Notes: generated from the letters alone by a model not told the origin. A DNA stretch of 64,000 nt from Limisphaerales bacterium (GCA_003161635.1 PMOA01000050.1:3091-67090), one strand, 5' to 3'. Positions 27,260-38,000 are shown, numbered from the stretch's first letter. Program-made: numbers and translations.

Positions 27260-28105
27260 TTAAAAATCACCACCACCCGGCGACGCCTTCTCTGAAGCGG
27301 TGAACTGACCGGCCCGCTCGGCGGCTTCGCGGCGGCGATATTCATCCAGGATCGCGGCTGTGGCTGTCACCCCACAACGGCTGGCGCCGAGATCGCGCAC
27401 GAGAATCAAACTGTCCAGGTCGCGCACGCCGCCGGCCGCTTTGACCTGAACCTTTGGCGAGCACATCGCCCGCATCAGTTTCAAATCGTGCGCGGTTGCA
27501 CCCTGGTAATTGTAACTGCCGTCCGGCTGTTTTACGAAGCCGAAGCCCGTGGACGTTTTCACCCAGTCGGCCCCCGCACGTTCGCAAATCTGGCTGAGCT
27601 TGCGCTTGAAACTGTCGCCGTCCAGGCCGGCGCCGCCTTTGGTGAGATAATCGTTTTCGAAGATGACCTTTATTTTTGCTCTATGCCGATAAGCCTCGTC
27701 ACACACGGCTTTCACATCACGCTCGACGTAAACCCAATCCCCGCTGAGGGCCTTGCCGATGTTGATGACCATGTCAATTTCCACCGCGCCATCCCGGCAG
27801 GCCAGTTCGGTCTCATAACGCTTTGATTCCGTGCAGGCGTTGCCGTGGGGAAATCCGATGACACACCCGACGAGCACGCCGCTCTTGGCCAGCAGTTCGG
27901 CGGCGCGCTTGACGGCGTAAGGTTTGATGCAAACGGAGGCGACGCCGTATTTCACGGCGAGTTTGCAGCCGTCCTCCAGCTCCTGGTCCGTCAGAGTCGG
28001 ATGCAGCAGCGAATGATCAATCATTTTGGCAAGTTGTTCGTAGGTGTATTTCACAACGTTCCTTTGCGCCTTATCAACACGCACCGGATTCCGGTATTTG
28101 AACAA
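27260..28105 (-). CDS. deoC: deoxyribose-phosphate aldolase
   Basis: IDHSLLHPTLT, SVCIKP, IDMVINIG, KVIFE and KTSTGFG (Schiff-base Lys region). Confidence 0.9.
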   Translation of the reverse strand: MFKYRNPVRVDKAQRNVVKYTYEQLAKMIDHSLLHPTLTDQELEDGCKLAVKYGVASVCIKPYAVKRAAELLAKSGVLVGCVIGFPHGNACTESKRYETELACRDGAVEIDMVINIGKALSGDWVYVERDVKAVCDEAYRHRAKIKVIFENDYLTKGGAGLDGDSFKRKLSQICERAGADWVKTSTGFGFVKQPDGSYNYQGATAHDLKLMRAMCSPKVQVKAAGGVRDLDSLILVRDLGASRCGVTATAAILDEYRRREAAERAGQFTASEKASPGGGDF

Positions 28106-28204
28106 ATGAAGATTTTTGTGCGATGGTCGGTTTCACAATGTGCCAACCATATTCCAATCCACCAAAAACGCAAATCGTCCCAACTGCGGTATCAGTCTGA
28201 AAAA

Positions 28205-28263
28205 GTAGCGCCGGCGTCCCGCCTGCACGTTTGTTGATTCTACAGGCGGGACGCCTGTGCTAC
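28205..28263. repeat. REP-like palindromic element (GTAG...CTAC)
   Basis: GTAGCGCCGGCGTCCCGCCTG ... CAGGCGGGACGCCTGTGCTAC, located 50 nt upstream of rtcB. Confidence 0.75.
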
Positions 28264-28312
28264 TTTCAAATTGGCAACACCCCTTTGCCAGGCTTAACTT
28301 CTCCGTGCAACT

Positions 28313-29485
28313 ATGCCCGGCCAACCCATCCCCTACCGCCAGTGGGGCGTGGACCTGGACGCCAACGCGCTCCAGCAGATGGAGAACGCCTGCAAGCTGC
28401 CCGTGTCCGTCGCCGCCGCGCTCATGCCCGACGCCCATGTCGGCTATGGCCTGCCTATCGGCGGCGTGCTCGCCACCGACAACGCCGTCATCCCCTACGC
28501 CGTGGGCGTGGACATCGCCTGCCGCGTCAAACTCACCGTGCTCGATTTGCCGCTGGATTATCTCCGCCGCCACGAAACCGATTTCATCCGCGCCATCGAA
28601 GCCGAGACGCGCTTCGGCGTCGGCGTGGAATTCAAACATCGCCGCATGCATCCGGTGATGGATGAGGACTGGTCGGTCAGCCCTGTCACGCAACGTTTTC
28701 GCGACAAGGCCGCGGCCCAACTCGGCACCAGCGGCAGCGGAAATCATTTCGTCGAGTTCGGCGAATTCACCATCGAAAACAAGGAACTCGGCCTTGAACC
28801 GGGCACGTATCTCGCCTTGTTGAGCCACAGCGGCAGCCGCGGCACCGGCGCGCTCGTGTGCGACCACTACAGCCGTCTCGCGCGCCAGAAACACAAGGAT
28901 TTGCCGAAGGAACTCAGCTATCTCGCGTGGCTCGACCTTGATTCCGCCGACGGCCAGGAATACTGGTCGGCGATGGAATTGATGGGCAAATACGCCTCCG
29001 CGAATCACTACCTCATCCACAAACACATCGCGCGGCATCTCGGCGCGGGCGTGCTGCTGGACATTGAAAACCATCACAATTTCGCGTGGAAGGAACGCCA
29101 TGGCGGACGCGACGCGATTGTGCATCGCAAAGGTGCGACCCCGGCGGGCGCGGGTGTGCTGGGCGTGATCCCCGGTTCAATGGCCAGCCCGACATATGTG
29201 GCGCGCGGCAAGGGCAACGCCGCGTCGCTTAACTCCGCCTCACACGGCGCGGGCCGGGTGATGAGCCGTCATAAGGCGAAGGAAACCTACAACTGGAAGA
29301 TGGTGCAGCCCTATCTGGACGAACGCGGCGTGAAATTGATTTCCGCTGGATTGGATGAAGTGCCGATGGTCTATAAAAACATCGAAGAAGTCATGGCCGC
29401 GCAAACCGACCTGGTGGAACCGCTCGCGAAATTTTTCCCGCGTATCGTCAAAATGGCTCCAGCGGGCGAGCGGGCGGAGGATTGA
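28313..29485 (+). CDS. rtcB: RNA 3'-phosphate ligase RtcB
   Basis: MPDAHVGYG, GVDIACR, SGNHF, SHSGSRG, NHHNFAW, HRKGATPA and SASHGAGR motifs. Confidence 0.95.
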   Translation: MPGQPIPYRQWGVDLDANALQQMENACKLPVSVAAALMPDAHVGYGLPIGGVLATDNAVIPYAVGVDIACRVKLTVLDLPLDYLRRHETDFIRAIEAETRFGVGVEFKHRRMHPVMDEDWSVSPVTQRFRDKAAAQLGTSGSGNHFVEFGEFTIENKELGLEPGTYLALLSHSGSRGTGALVCDHYSRLARQKHKDLPKELSYLAWLDLDSADGQEYWSAMELMGKYASANHYLIHKHIARHLGAGVLLDIENHHNFAWKERHGGRDAIVHRKGATPAGAGVLGVIPGSMASPTYVARGKGNAASLNSASHGAGRVMSRHKAKETYNWKMVQPYLDERGVKLISAGLDEVPMVYKNIEEVMAAQTDLVEPLAKFFPRIVKMAPAGERAED

Positions 29486-29516
29486 GAAGAATTGGGAGAA
29501 AAATGGTTTGAACGCT

Positions 29517-29669
29517 CGCCCTCATCCCGGCCTTCTCCCCCAGGAGAAGGAGAATCATTCGCCGTGTATTTGAAATGTCGTGTGACGGGATTGGCCGACA
29601 ATTTGTAGCCAGTCGGAAATCATGCGCTGGCATGTCCTCTCCTTGGGGAGAGGAAACAGGTGAGGGAGG
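29517..29669. repeat. inverted-repeat (MITE-like) element
   Basis: The left arm CGCCCTCATCCCGGCCTTCTCCCCCAGGAGAAGGAGAA pairs imperfectly with the right arm TCCTCTCCTTGGGGAGAGGAAACAGGTGAGGGAGG, about 80 nt away. Confidence 0.7.
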
Positions 29670-29720
29670 TCGTAAATACAAATCAAGAAAATCTAACGAG
29701 CTATTTTCAAGAAACCGGGA

Positions 29721-29778
29721 GGCGACAAAGATTCCGCCCCTCACGGAGCTGGGCGGCGTGCGGTGGCGGGGATTTCAC
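29721..29778. repeat. R2 dispersed repeat, copy a
   Basis: Core GGCGACAAAGATTCCGC, then a G-rich tract, then GGGGATTTCAC. It overlaps the stop codon of 29741..30796. Confidence 0.75.
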
Positions 29779-30796
29779 TCGAATGTTGTTGCCACCATTT
29801 AAGCCAGCGCGCTTTTGCTGCCGCTGGCGTTATGATGTAGATATTTGTTCCCGTCACTTGGAAATTGAAAGGGTCACTCAAATCGCAATAACGAAAAACA
29901 AAATCCCGGTCACTGAGCAGCGCATCATAAACCACTTCATGAACGTCTCTGCCACTAAAGTATGGCGAGAATCGTTTCCGAGCCTCGGTGGAATCTCGAA
30001 ATTTCCAAACAATTCGCTGACCGCCCGGTTTTTGAGATTGAGTCACAATGTTCGTGTCTAAATCAATGAGCTTGTTGATCCGATCGAATCTTTCGTCAGG
30101 TTGCTCTTTCGTGAAAACATATAATTCGCCGATTTCTGTGTTGGCGCCCAGTTCAACGACAGCTACGCGCGCTCCATCCGAATCTTTGGGCAGAGTGCCG
30201 CCAAAAGACGAATTGGTAAGATTATATCGGAAGATGGCATTGACGAGTGGCTTGCATTTGTCGTCGGAAAGATGTCCGAATAGCGTGAACAGATGAGAGA
30301 GGTCATCAGGCCACGGATCGCGCACAAGAAGAAGTATCACCTGATCTCGAAGCCCCTCGTCATTCAACAATTCGTAAAAAATGTTTCGGACCCGCTTGTT
30401 TTTGAATCCCTCATGAAATCGGCCCGCGATTTTGCTTTCGATTCCAATCAGGTGAAGTGTCAGGAGCGCGCCGTAGCGCGCCTTGGTGGATTGGCTGTTC
30501 TTGATGAAACTTAAAAGAGGATCAATTGCCTCCTCGCCGTGAGCTGCGATGGAATACATGTCATCCGTGTAGCCAATCCAATAAGCTTTGCCCGTTTGGA
30601 CTTTTCTCCAATCACTTTCAAGTCTCTGAATGAGTTGAGGCAGCGGTGTGTTTGTATCAATTCCAATGTGCTGCGAGCCACCTTGAACAGCGCGCTCATT
30701 CTTTTCACCGCTGGGATTAACATCCAATATCCATTGCGCGGGTAGTTGTAAAGCTGCCAGGCAAAACAAAGAAAGAAGGAGTAATTTTCTTCTCAT
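29741..30796 (-). CDS. secreted hypothetical protein (351 aa)
   Basis: Signal peptide MRRKLLLLSLFCLAALQLPAQ. Visibly AT-richer codon usage than its neighbours. One HEAT-like helix pair (AIDPLLSFIKNSQSTKARYGALLTLHLIG). No family recognised. Confidence 0.7.
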   Translation of the reverse strand: MRRKLLLLSLFCLAALQLPAQWILDVNPSGEKNERAVQGGSQHIGIDTNTPLPQLIQRLESDWRKVQTGKAYWIGYTDDMYSIAAHGEEAIDPLLSFIKNSQSTKARYGALLTLHLIGIESKIAGRFHEGFKNKRVRNIFYELLNDEGLRDQVILLLVRDPWPDDLSHLFTLFGHLSDDKCKPLVNAIFRYNLTNSSFGGTLPKDSDGARVAVVELGANTEIGELYVFTKEQPDERFDRINKLIDLDTNIVTQSQKPGGQRIVWKFRDSTEARKRFSPYFSGRDVHEVVYDALLSDRDFVFRYCDLSDPFNFQVTGTNIYIITPAAAKARWLKWWQQHSSEIPATARRPAP

Positions 30797-30848
30797 GTTT
30801 TCCTTGGCGCTTTGTAGCTAATTGGTATCTGTGCAGAACTGTCGTCGC

Positions 30849-31646
30849 TTAAAGCGCGTTCCCGGGCAATTCCTTTTTCCGGTACTCGTCGATGTAGATC
30901 GTCATCGGCTCGGGCATCAAATCGCGATATAATCCCATCTTGAAATAAAACCGGCTGGGATGGGTGTAGCCGGTGGTTGGGTTTTCGGGATAAGCGTTGA
31001 CGCCCAAGTAATCTACCACCTGTTTGCTCCCGAGCCACGCCTTGATTCGTCCATTCTCGTTGGTTGAGAAACGGATTTGGAATTTAAAATCGAGCCATTG
31101 GTTTCGCAGCTCCTCCTTCGTTTCATAAAGGGTCGTTTGGTGGGGGCCGATCTGATGGGTGATTTTGAGCTCGCCGGAAACATATCGGATGACCAGCACC
31201 GGACTGTCGTCCGAGCAATTGCCGCCTGCGGGGCAATTCTGCTTCCACTGCGCGATGACCAGCCGCGTCGGCACGATGGGAAAATTCGTCGGGATGAACA
31301 TGCTGAAGGAATATTCGTAAGCTGCGTTTTCTTTCGAGGTCAGCTTTTTGGCCTCCATCAATTCGTCCCGCTCGCTGTCCCGGCTGCCGTTGATTCCCGC
31401 TTCATATGTATCACGGGGGAGAATAGTAATTTTTGCCGCGCCGCGACCTGTGTGAAAAATGTTCGTCTGCATCTGCACCGCGCCGGGAACGAATCGGCTG
31501 GTGTCCCAAACCTTGCTCAAACCAGCCGCTTCAAAGCCGTCGTAAACGTCAATCGCCGGGGCCGTTGCGTTGGTAGCTTGGGCGCGGGAAATGACACCTG
31601 ACAAAAGCGCCCAGCCAATAACCGACATGGTAATGAGTTTAAACAT
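30849..31646 (-). CDS. secreted polysaccharide lyase-like protein (heparin-lyase-I / PF14099-type fold)
   Basis: Signal peptide. ERDELMEA, LVIAQWKQ, SPVLVIRY and FYFKMGLYRD resemble the concanavalin-like Polysacc_lyase family as I recall it. This is a family-level call only. Confidence 0.6.
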   Translation of the reverse strand: MFKLITMSVIGWALLSGVISRAQATNATAPAIDVYDGFEAAGLSKVWDTSRFVPGAVQMQTNIFHTGRGAAKITILPRDTYEAGINGSRDSERDELMEAKKLTSKENAAYEYSFSMFIPTNFPIVPTRLVIAQWKQNCPAGGNCSDDSPVLVIRYVSGELKITHQIGPHQTTLYETKEELRNQWLDFKFQIRFSTNENGRIKAWLGSKQVVDYLGVNAYPENPTTGYTHPSRFYFKMGLYRDLMPEPMTIYIDEYRKKELPGNAL

Positions 31647-31649
31647 AAG

Positions 31650-32888
31650 TCACCTGGGCTCTTCCAACCCGACACCTTGAACGTTGGTCTGCGTGAGGAA
31701 CGGACCTTCGTAGCCGGTTACATGGATATTGTGGAGCACGGCATTGGTGATATTGGCAAGATTGATGCCTTTCGTGCATGTTCCCGTGATGTTTTCAAGG
31801 ATAAGATTTTCGAGCGGTTTCTCTCCGGAAATCTGGCTGACATCGGCAAGGGTTGTGGCAGCGACGCGGACGTTGGAGAAGCTGAAGTTCCTGCCAACGG
31901 GATAGCCGGCCAGACCCTCAACCGGATCGTCCGCCGTGTTGTTGTTACCGCAGCTGATCAAGTTAACGCGGAGGAAGCCGCCCGCCAAAACATCGAGGTC
32001 GTCGCCCGAAATGTTTTCAATGATCCCCGCGCGACCAATGCGTGTCTTTACATACACGCCGTAGGTGTTGCTGGTTAATTTGCAATGTTCGATCCGCACA
32101 TTGCGGATGCCACCGGAGGTCTCGCTGCCAATGCCGATGCAGGCGAAGCGGCGACCGCGCAATGTGCATTGGGTGATCAGCACGTCCTCCGTGGCCTTCC
32201 CCAGACGCGCGCCGTTCAGGCCGCGACCGGATTTCAGGCTGATGGAATCATCGCCCGTGTTGATGTCGCACCCTTCGATGCGGACATTTTTGCAGGAATC
32301 GATGTCAATGCCGTCGCGACCGCCGTTGATGTTCACGTTTTTTATCACAACATCGGTGCAGTAAGTCGGGTGCGTGGCCCAATTGCCGCCTTGCGTGACG
32401 GTGAATCCTTCCCAGCGGACGTCGTTGCATGAGATGGGCTCAAGGACGACAACCCCACGCGGGTTTTGCGGGGCCGCGACGGCGGGATTTCCTTCAATGC
32501 GACCCGGGCCAATGATTCCCGTGTGGTCAACATATGCAGAATAAATGAGCGCGCGACGCCCCGGCTGCCAGCGCCCTTCCCAACGGATGTCCATCATCGG
32601 ATAATCATTTGTATCAGGGCTGCCGGTGATGATGCTGTCTGCTTCGAGCCGGAGAATGGTGTGGTCGCCGATCTGCACGCTGCCGATGAGATATTTGCCG
32701 GCGGGGACAAGGACTTCGCCGCCACCGGAAACGGCGCAGGCGTCGAGCGCTTTTTGGAAGGCGACCGTGTCCTTGTTCGTGCCATCACCAACCGCGCCAA
32801 AGTCACGGACGTTAAACGGAGGTTTCGTCGCGGCGTCAGCGCAGAAAAGCGAGACCGCGAGAAATGAGAGGGAAAATAATTGTTTCAT
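31650..32888 (-). CDS. glycoside hydrolase family 28 (polygalacturonase-like beta-helix)
   Basis: FNVRDFGAVGDGTNKDTVAFQKALDAC, GGRDGIDIDS, NTGDDSISLKSG and IGIGSE motifs. Confidence 0.9.
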   Translation of the reverse strand: MKQLFSLSFLAVSLFCADAATKPPFNVRDFGAVGDGTNKDTVAFQKALDACAVSGGGEVLVPAGKYLIGSVQIGDHTILRLEADSIITGSPDTNDYPMMDIRWEGRWQPGRRALIYSAYVDHTGIIGPGRIEGNPAVAAPQNPRGVVVLEPISCNDVRWEGFTVTQGGNWATHPTYCTDVVIKNVNINGGRDGIDIDSCKNVRIEGCDINTGDDSISLKSGRGLNGARLGKATEDVLITQCTLRGRRFACIGIGSETSGGIRNVRIEHCKLTSNTYGVYVKTRIGRAGIIENISGDDLDVLAGGFLRVNLISCGNNNTADDPVEGLAGYPVGRNFSFSNVRVAATTLADVSQISGEKPLENLILENITGTCTKGINLANITNAVLHNIHVTGYEGPFLTQTNVQGVGLEEPR

Positions 32889-32893
32889 TGGAA

Positions 32894-34414
32894 TTATCGG
32901 GATGAAGGCGACGCGGCCTTGGTGGCCGCCGCAGCGTCGAGTTCTGCTTCCGTTGGAAAATGATCAAACGTGCGCCCGACTTTCATTCCCCGAAGATGCT
33001 TGTCGGCAAAGTCCATCATCGCGGTCCAATCCTCCTGTGTGAATGCGTGCCCATGATGCGCGTAATTTACACCGAGCCGGTCTTTCGCACCGAAAAGTTC
33101 ATAGGCCGGTTGCGCGCCAAGGATTGATTGCTTGACCGCTTCGGGAAAGGAAATCATATCGGTGTCGCCTTCCAACGCGATAAAAGGACGCGGCGCACAG
33201 AGCGCGAGAAACCAGTGTTCGTCGAAGGGCAATTTCTCGCGCTGACCCCAGAACTCATGCAGGTGCGGCGAAAACCAGTTCGGATATTTTTTCTGCATGA
33301 TGTCGAGTGTCTCGCTGTTACGCGGGCCGGCGAAGCGATACGCGCCGATACCGCCGCCGCCGGTCACGACCGGCGCGCCCATCAGACGCTCGTCAAACGC
33401 CGCCGCGATCATGGCGGATTTTCCGTTGCGCGACGCGCCGGTGATGATGAATCTCGTTTTGTCAATCGCGGGATCGGTTTCGAGATAATCGGCGACGCGC
33501 GACGCGCCCCACGCCCAGCCCGCGAGGATGCTCCAATCGTAGCCGGGATAAGCGGGAAAAAACCGTGTATTGCGAAACGCCCAGCTGCCGTCTTCATTCC
33601 GCAACGTCGTGTCCTCGGCGCAATCGTTGGGATTGAACATCACCAGCGCATAGCCGCGACGAAACAATTCACTGTTGCGCTTCGCAATATCTTCGGCATT
33701 GGCCGGTCCGCCAAAACCGCCGCGACCAGCGCGACCATCACGGCCGGTTGTTGCTGATGCTGCCGGCTCCTGACCGGGAACCACCGGCGTCGTGTTGGTG
33801 ACGGTCACAGTCGCACTGGCGTTCGTTGCCGGGCCGACTACGAGTAAAACGTCTTGTCCTTTGCCTTGGTTTGGGCCTTGCGGCAGGCGCGGCAACGGCG
33901 TCGCGCCGGGCGGCGTGCCGCTCTGCGAGATGATGGCCGGGAACGGCCCTTTGCTGTCGGTGGGCGTGAAGATGCCGATGTTCAATTCCAGTTCTCTTTT
34001 CGGCCCGAACGTCAGTTGCACCAGCCGATACTTCACTTTTCCATCCAGCACCAACTGCGATTTGATCTCGTGCCCTTTCACGTTGCCTGGCGGCGGCGGC
34101 ATCTGGCCGACAGCGTAATACTCGAGAATTTTTTTCATCTCCTCGCGGCGCTTTTTCCATTGTTTAACCGTTGTGACTTTTTGCCCGTTGTTCATCGTCA
34201 TCACGTCGGGCATCCCGGTGCGAACCGGCAAATCATTCACGCCCGGCAACGTTCCCATCGTAGTCTTGATTGGAGGCAATGGAATTTCTCGCGGGTCTGG
34301 CCCGGCAACGGAGTTGGAAGACTGGGCTTGTGCTGCGTCAGCCCACAATCCGATGGAGATTGTTGCAACTAAGACGGTTAAAACACTAAACAGCCAGGTC
34401 TGCCGGTGATTCAT
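32894..34414 (-). CDS. carbohydrate esterase, CE15 glucuronoyl-esterase-like
   Basis: Signal peptide. ITGASRNGKSAM resembles the CE15 G-C-S-R-x-G-K nucleophile box, with a C-terminal HHGH. An alpha/beta-hydrolase order is plausible. Confidence 0.7.
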   Translation of the reverse strand: MNHRQTWLFSVLTVLVATISIGLWADAAQAQSSNSVAGPDPREIPLPPIKTTMGTLPGVNDLPVRTGMPDVMTMNNGQKVTTVKQWKKRREEMKKILEYYAVGQMPPPPGNVKGHEIKSQLVLDGKVKYRLVQLTFGPKRELELNIGIFTPTDSKGPFPAIISQSGTPPGATPLPRLPQGPNQGKGQDVLLVVGPATNASATVTVTNTTPVVPGQEPAASATTGRDGRAGRGGFGGPANAEDIAKRNSELFRRGYALVMFNPNDCAEDTTLRNEDGSWAFRNTRFFPAYPGYDWSILAGWAWGASRVADYLETDPAIDKTRFIITGASRNGKSAMIAAAFDERLMGAPVVTGGGGIGAYRFAGPRNSETLDIMQKKYPNWFSPHLHEFWGQREKLPFDEHWFLALCAPRPFIALEGDTDMISFPEAVKQSILGAQPAYELFGAKDRLGVNYAHHGHAFTQEDWTAMMDFADKHLRGMKVGRTFDHFPTEAELDAAAATKAASPSSR

Positions 34415-34616
34415 GATTCGTCTTCATCCTGCGCCGACAGGATGGAAATGGCAATGGCGGGATTCTTGTTTCTGGCAAGGCCAAACGCGAGTTCGAGGCC
34501 GGAGTTGCGGGGTGGCTGGCGGTCGAGTGGTCAAAATTCTGTAACCCGGGAGAATTTCCAGCGTCTGTTCCAGTGCAGTTTAAACCAACAAATTCAACAT
34601 TTATTACAATACGAAC

Positions 34617-34904
34617 ATGAAGAAACTATTAGTAGCAGCCCTCGGGCTCCTCTGTGCAACCGCAATCGTGGTCCAGGCCCAGGACGCCAAACCCAAGAAG
34701 GCGTTGACCCCGGAACAACAGACGGTCATGAAGGAAATGCTGGCGAAATACGACACCAACAAGGATGGCAAGCTCGACAAGACCGAGCGCGCAGCCATGA
34801 CCCAGGAAGACAAAGACAAGATGACCAAGGCCGGCTTGGGCAAGAAAAAACCTGCCGCCCCTGCCGATGCTTCCACCAATGCTCCGGCTGCCACCGACAA
34901 GTAA
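34617..34904 (+). CDS. small secreted EF-hand protein
   Basis: Signal peptide and a canonical 12-residue loop, DTNKDGKLDKTE. Confidence 0.8.
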   Translation: MKKLLVAALGLLCATAIVVQAQDAKPKKALTPEQQTVMKEMLAKYDTNKDGKLDKTERAAMTQEDKDKMTKAGLGKKKPAAPADASTNAPAATDK

Positions 34905-34928
34905 TTCCCTTCCCGGTCTTAAACCATT

Positions 34929-34963
34929 ACGCTCCACTGAATCCAGTGGAGCGTTTTTTTTTT
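34929..34963 (+). terminator. intrinsic terminator of the EF-hand gene
   Basis: ACGCTCCACTG-AATC-CAGTGGAGCGT followed by T9. Confidence 0.8.
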
Positions 34964-35044
34964 CAGCGGGATGCCGACTTCAACGCAATGGCTTTGGGCA
35001 TCGCGGCCAAAATCACCAGGTTTGTTTGTGGAAATACATTCCCG

Positions 35045-38000
35045 TTACTGTGTTTGATAGCCTTGACTGGCAAGCGACTTGGTCAGGGAATTGACCAGGT
35101 CGGCCAGGGTCTGGCCGGTATTATTGGCGGTCTGGGTGCTTTGCGGCACGAAGGTGTAAATCGAAGAGGATTCGCTGAGGACCAGGTTGCCGGTTTGTGA
35201 ATCCGGATAGACATGGGTGGCATCGCTGGCAAAGGTGTTGGGAAATGAAAAATACTTTTTCTTGCCAATGGTGAGCACCGTGTTCTGCCCCTTGTGCAGA
35301 TCCGCCCAGATGTTCGGATAGCCATTGGTATCAATGCCCTGCCCCGCCTGTCCCAGAACGGTGAAGCTCTGGTTGCTAACCCCGGAAATGGTGATCCACA
35401 AATACTCCGGCAAGGGATTTACCCAGTATTGTTTTTTCCCCTTGATCGTGGCCCAGCCGACGAACACGCCATTAGTGTTGTCGGGAATGAAAAACATCTG
35501 CCCGGCGTAGGCATACGAAAGTGCCAGGCCGGACGTGATGATCTTTTGGATGCCGGCATATTTGTAAACCAGAATGTTCTGGGCAATCACCGTGACACTG
35601 GCGTTGGAGCTCGTGATGCTTCCATAGGGCGTGGTGATGGTCACGGCATAATTGCCCGACTGATTCGGATGAAGGTTCGTCAGGGTCAACGTGGCATTCG
35701 TGGCCCCAAAAATGTTTGTCCCGTTAAAACTCCATTGATAACTGAAAGGTCCGGTCCCGCCCGCAACCACGGACAAAACAATGCTTGAGCCTTCCACGGT
35801 GGTTTGATTCACCGGCTGCACGGCGATCCCGGGGGGCAAAGGCCCGGCGCATTTGCCCGCGCTGCCGGCGTTGTAGATAGCTGCAATTTCATTGGAAGAC
35901 AGAGCCCGGTTGAAAATCGCAGATTCATCTATTACGCCTTGGTAATAAAGATCGCCAAAATCCATTCTTCGCCCAAGCAGGAACGAGGTATCAGTTTTTG
36001 GTGTGAAGCTGCCCAAATTGCCCGACGATACAAGAGAACCGTTGTAATATATTTTGCCCACCCCACTAGCCTTGTCGTAGGTAAGGGCTACATGCTGAAG
36101 TATGCCGGCCTGAACGATTCCTGTAGGCGATGCAAAAATGTGAAGGCCACCCACCGAATCAACAATGTTCGCATAAATGCATCCCGGACCTCCAACCCCG
36201 CCGAAAACCCCCGAGATCCAAAAATGAGCTCCATTGTGGATACTGCCACCGTTTCCGCTCCACTCCATCAGTGGTTCCTGATTGGCCACAGATGTCGGGG
36301 CTATCCAACATTCCAACGTCATTCCTTGGCCGGCTCCGACATTAAGTGAAGAAGAAGCAGGCACACTTATTCCGTCATCCACACCATCAAAATTGAAGGC
36401 GTGCCCCACTTCGCCGGCGGTAAAGTTTATTCCCCCCTGCAAAAATCCGTTGTTGTTGCCCATGATGTCGTTGGCATTGCCTTCGCCCGGCCACCAGCTA
36501 ACCAGGCCCGATGGCGGGGACACGCAGGCGACGGCGCATTTGCCCGCGCTGCCGGCGTTGTAAATGGCCTGAACTTCAGCCGCTGTAAGGGCGCGGTTGT
36601 ACAGGGAAATCTCGTCTATATCTCCGGTAAACGGAAAATTGTTTTGACCGTCATTGAGATTCCCGATGCCGACGCCGGGAGAATCCTCGGGAATCAGATC
36701 GCCAAACGGTCTGACGGCCGTCACGGTCTGGCTGGCAAGTTGCCCGTTTATATATAACTTCATGATGCCAGATTCCCCATCCCAGGTGGCCGCCACATGA
36801 TACCACTGGTTATAGTTAATGTTGGTTCCAACAAAAGCGGAATTGCCCGACTCATCCTCAATATAAAAACGAAGGTTATTGTTTCCCTGCATGGACAGGA
36901 CGTAGGGATCCAGTCCTGGACGGTTGTCTCCCCGCCAGAAGATGCAGTATCCGTCTCCTCGCGGCCGGATCCAACCCTCGATGGACAAGGAGTTGGTCAG
37001 CACATAAGCCTGCTGGTCGGGAATCTGAATTCCGGTGTAAGTGCCGTAGGGAAAATTATTCGGGTCACAGGCAAACGCCTGGCCGACCACGCCGCTGGTA
37101 AAGGTCACGTTTTCAAGCAGACCGTTGTTCATGCCGACGATGTCATTGGCATTGCCTTCGCCCGGCCACCAGCCCACCAACCCTGAAGGCGCAGGCGTGC
37201 AGGAAGGCGGACACTTTCCTGCACTGCTGGCATTGTAGATGGATTGAATCTCAGCCGTGGTGAGGGCGCGGTTGTACAGGGAAATCTCGTCTATATCTCC
37301 CGTGAACGGAAAATTGTTTTGACCGTCATTGAGATTCCCGATGCCGACGCCGGGAGAATCCTCGGGAATCAGATCGCCAAACGGTCTGACGGCCGTCACG
37401 GTCTGGTCGGCAAGCACCCCGTTGGTATAAATGCTCATGGTCCCGGTGCTGCCATCCAGGGTCGCCGCCACATGCGTCCATTGGTTGTAGGTCAGGTAAG
37501 TTCCAACCGTGACTGTGTTGCCATCCTGATCACAAATCTGGAACTTGATATTGTTATTGCCCCACATGCCGATGAAGTAGGGATCCATGCCCGGACGGTT
37601 GTCTCCCCGCCAGAAGATGCAGTATCCGTCTCCCCGCGGCCGGACCCAGCCCTCGATGGACAAGGAGTTGGTCAGCACATAAGCCGGCTGGTCGGGAATC
37701 TGGATTCCGGTGTAAGTGCCATAAGGAAAATTATTCGGGTCACAGGCAAACGCCTGGCCGACCACGCCGTTGGTATAAGTGATATTTTGTGCGACCCCGT
37801 TGTTCCCCAATACGCTGTCGAGTGTGTTGCCATCGCCTTTCCACCAACCCACCAAGCCGGACGGCGGCGTGACGCAACTGGGGTCTTGAATCGGCGTGGG
37901 CGGCATGATCGGCGTGGGCAGCATGGGTCGCGTGGGCGGCATGATTGGCGTAGGCGGAACGCGCTGATACCGCCTAATATCCAAACCTTGAGCTGATACG

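Noticed and set aside
28133-29125. 330-aa minus-strand ORF opposite rtcB
   Set aside because: It is a shadow of rtcB, which has all the catalytic motifs.
34406-35200. 264-aa plus-strand ORF spanning the EF-hand gene region
   Set aside because: It overlaps, in another frame, the well-supported EF-hand gene and its terminator, then runs antisense into the LamG gene. The product is low complexity.
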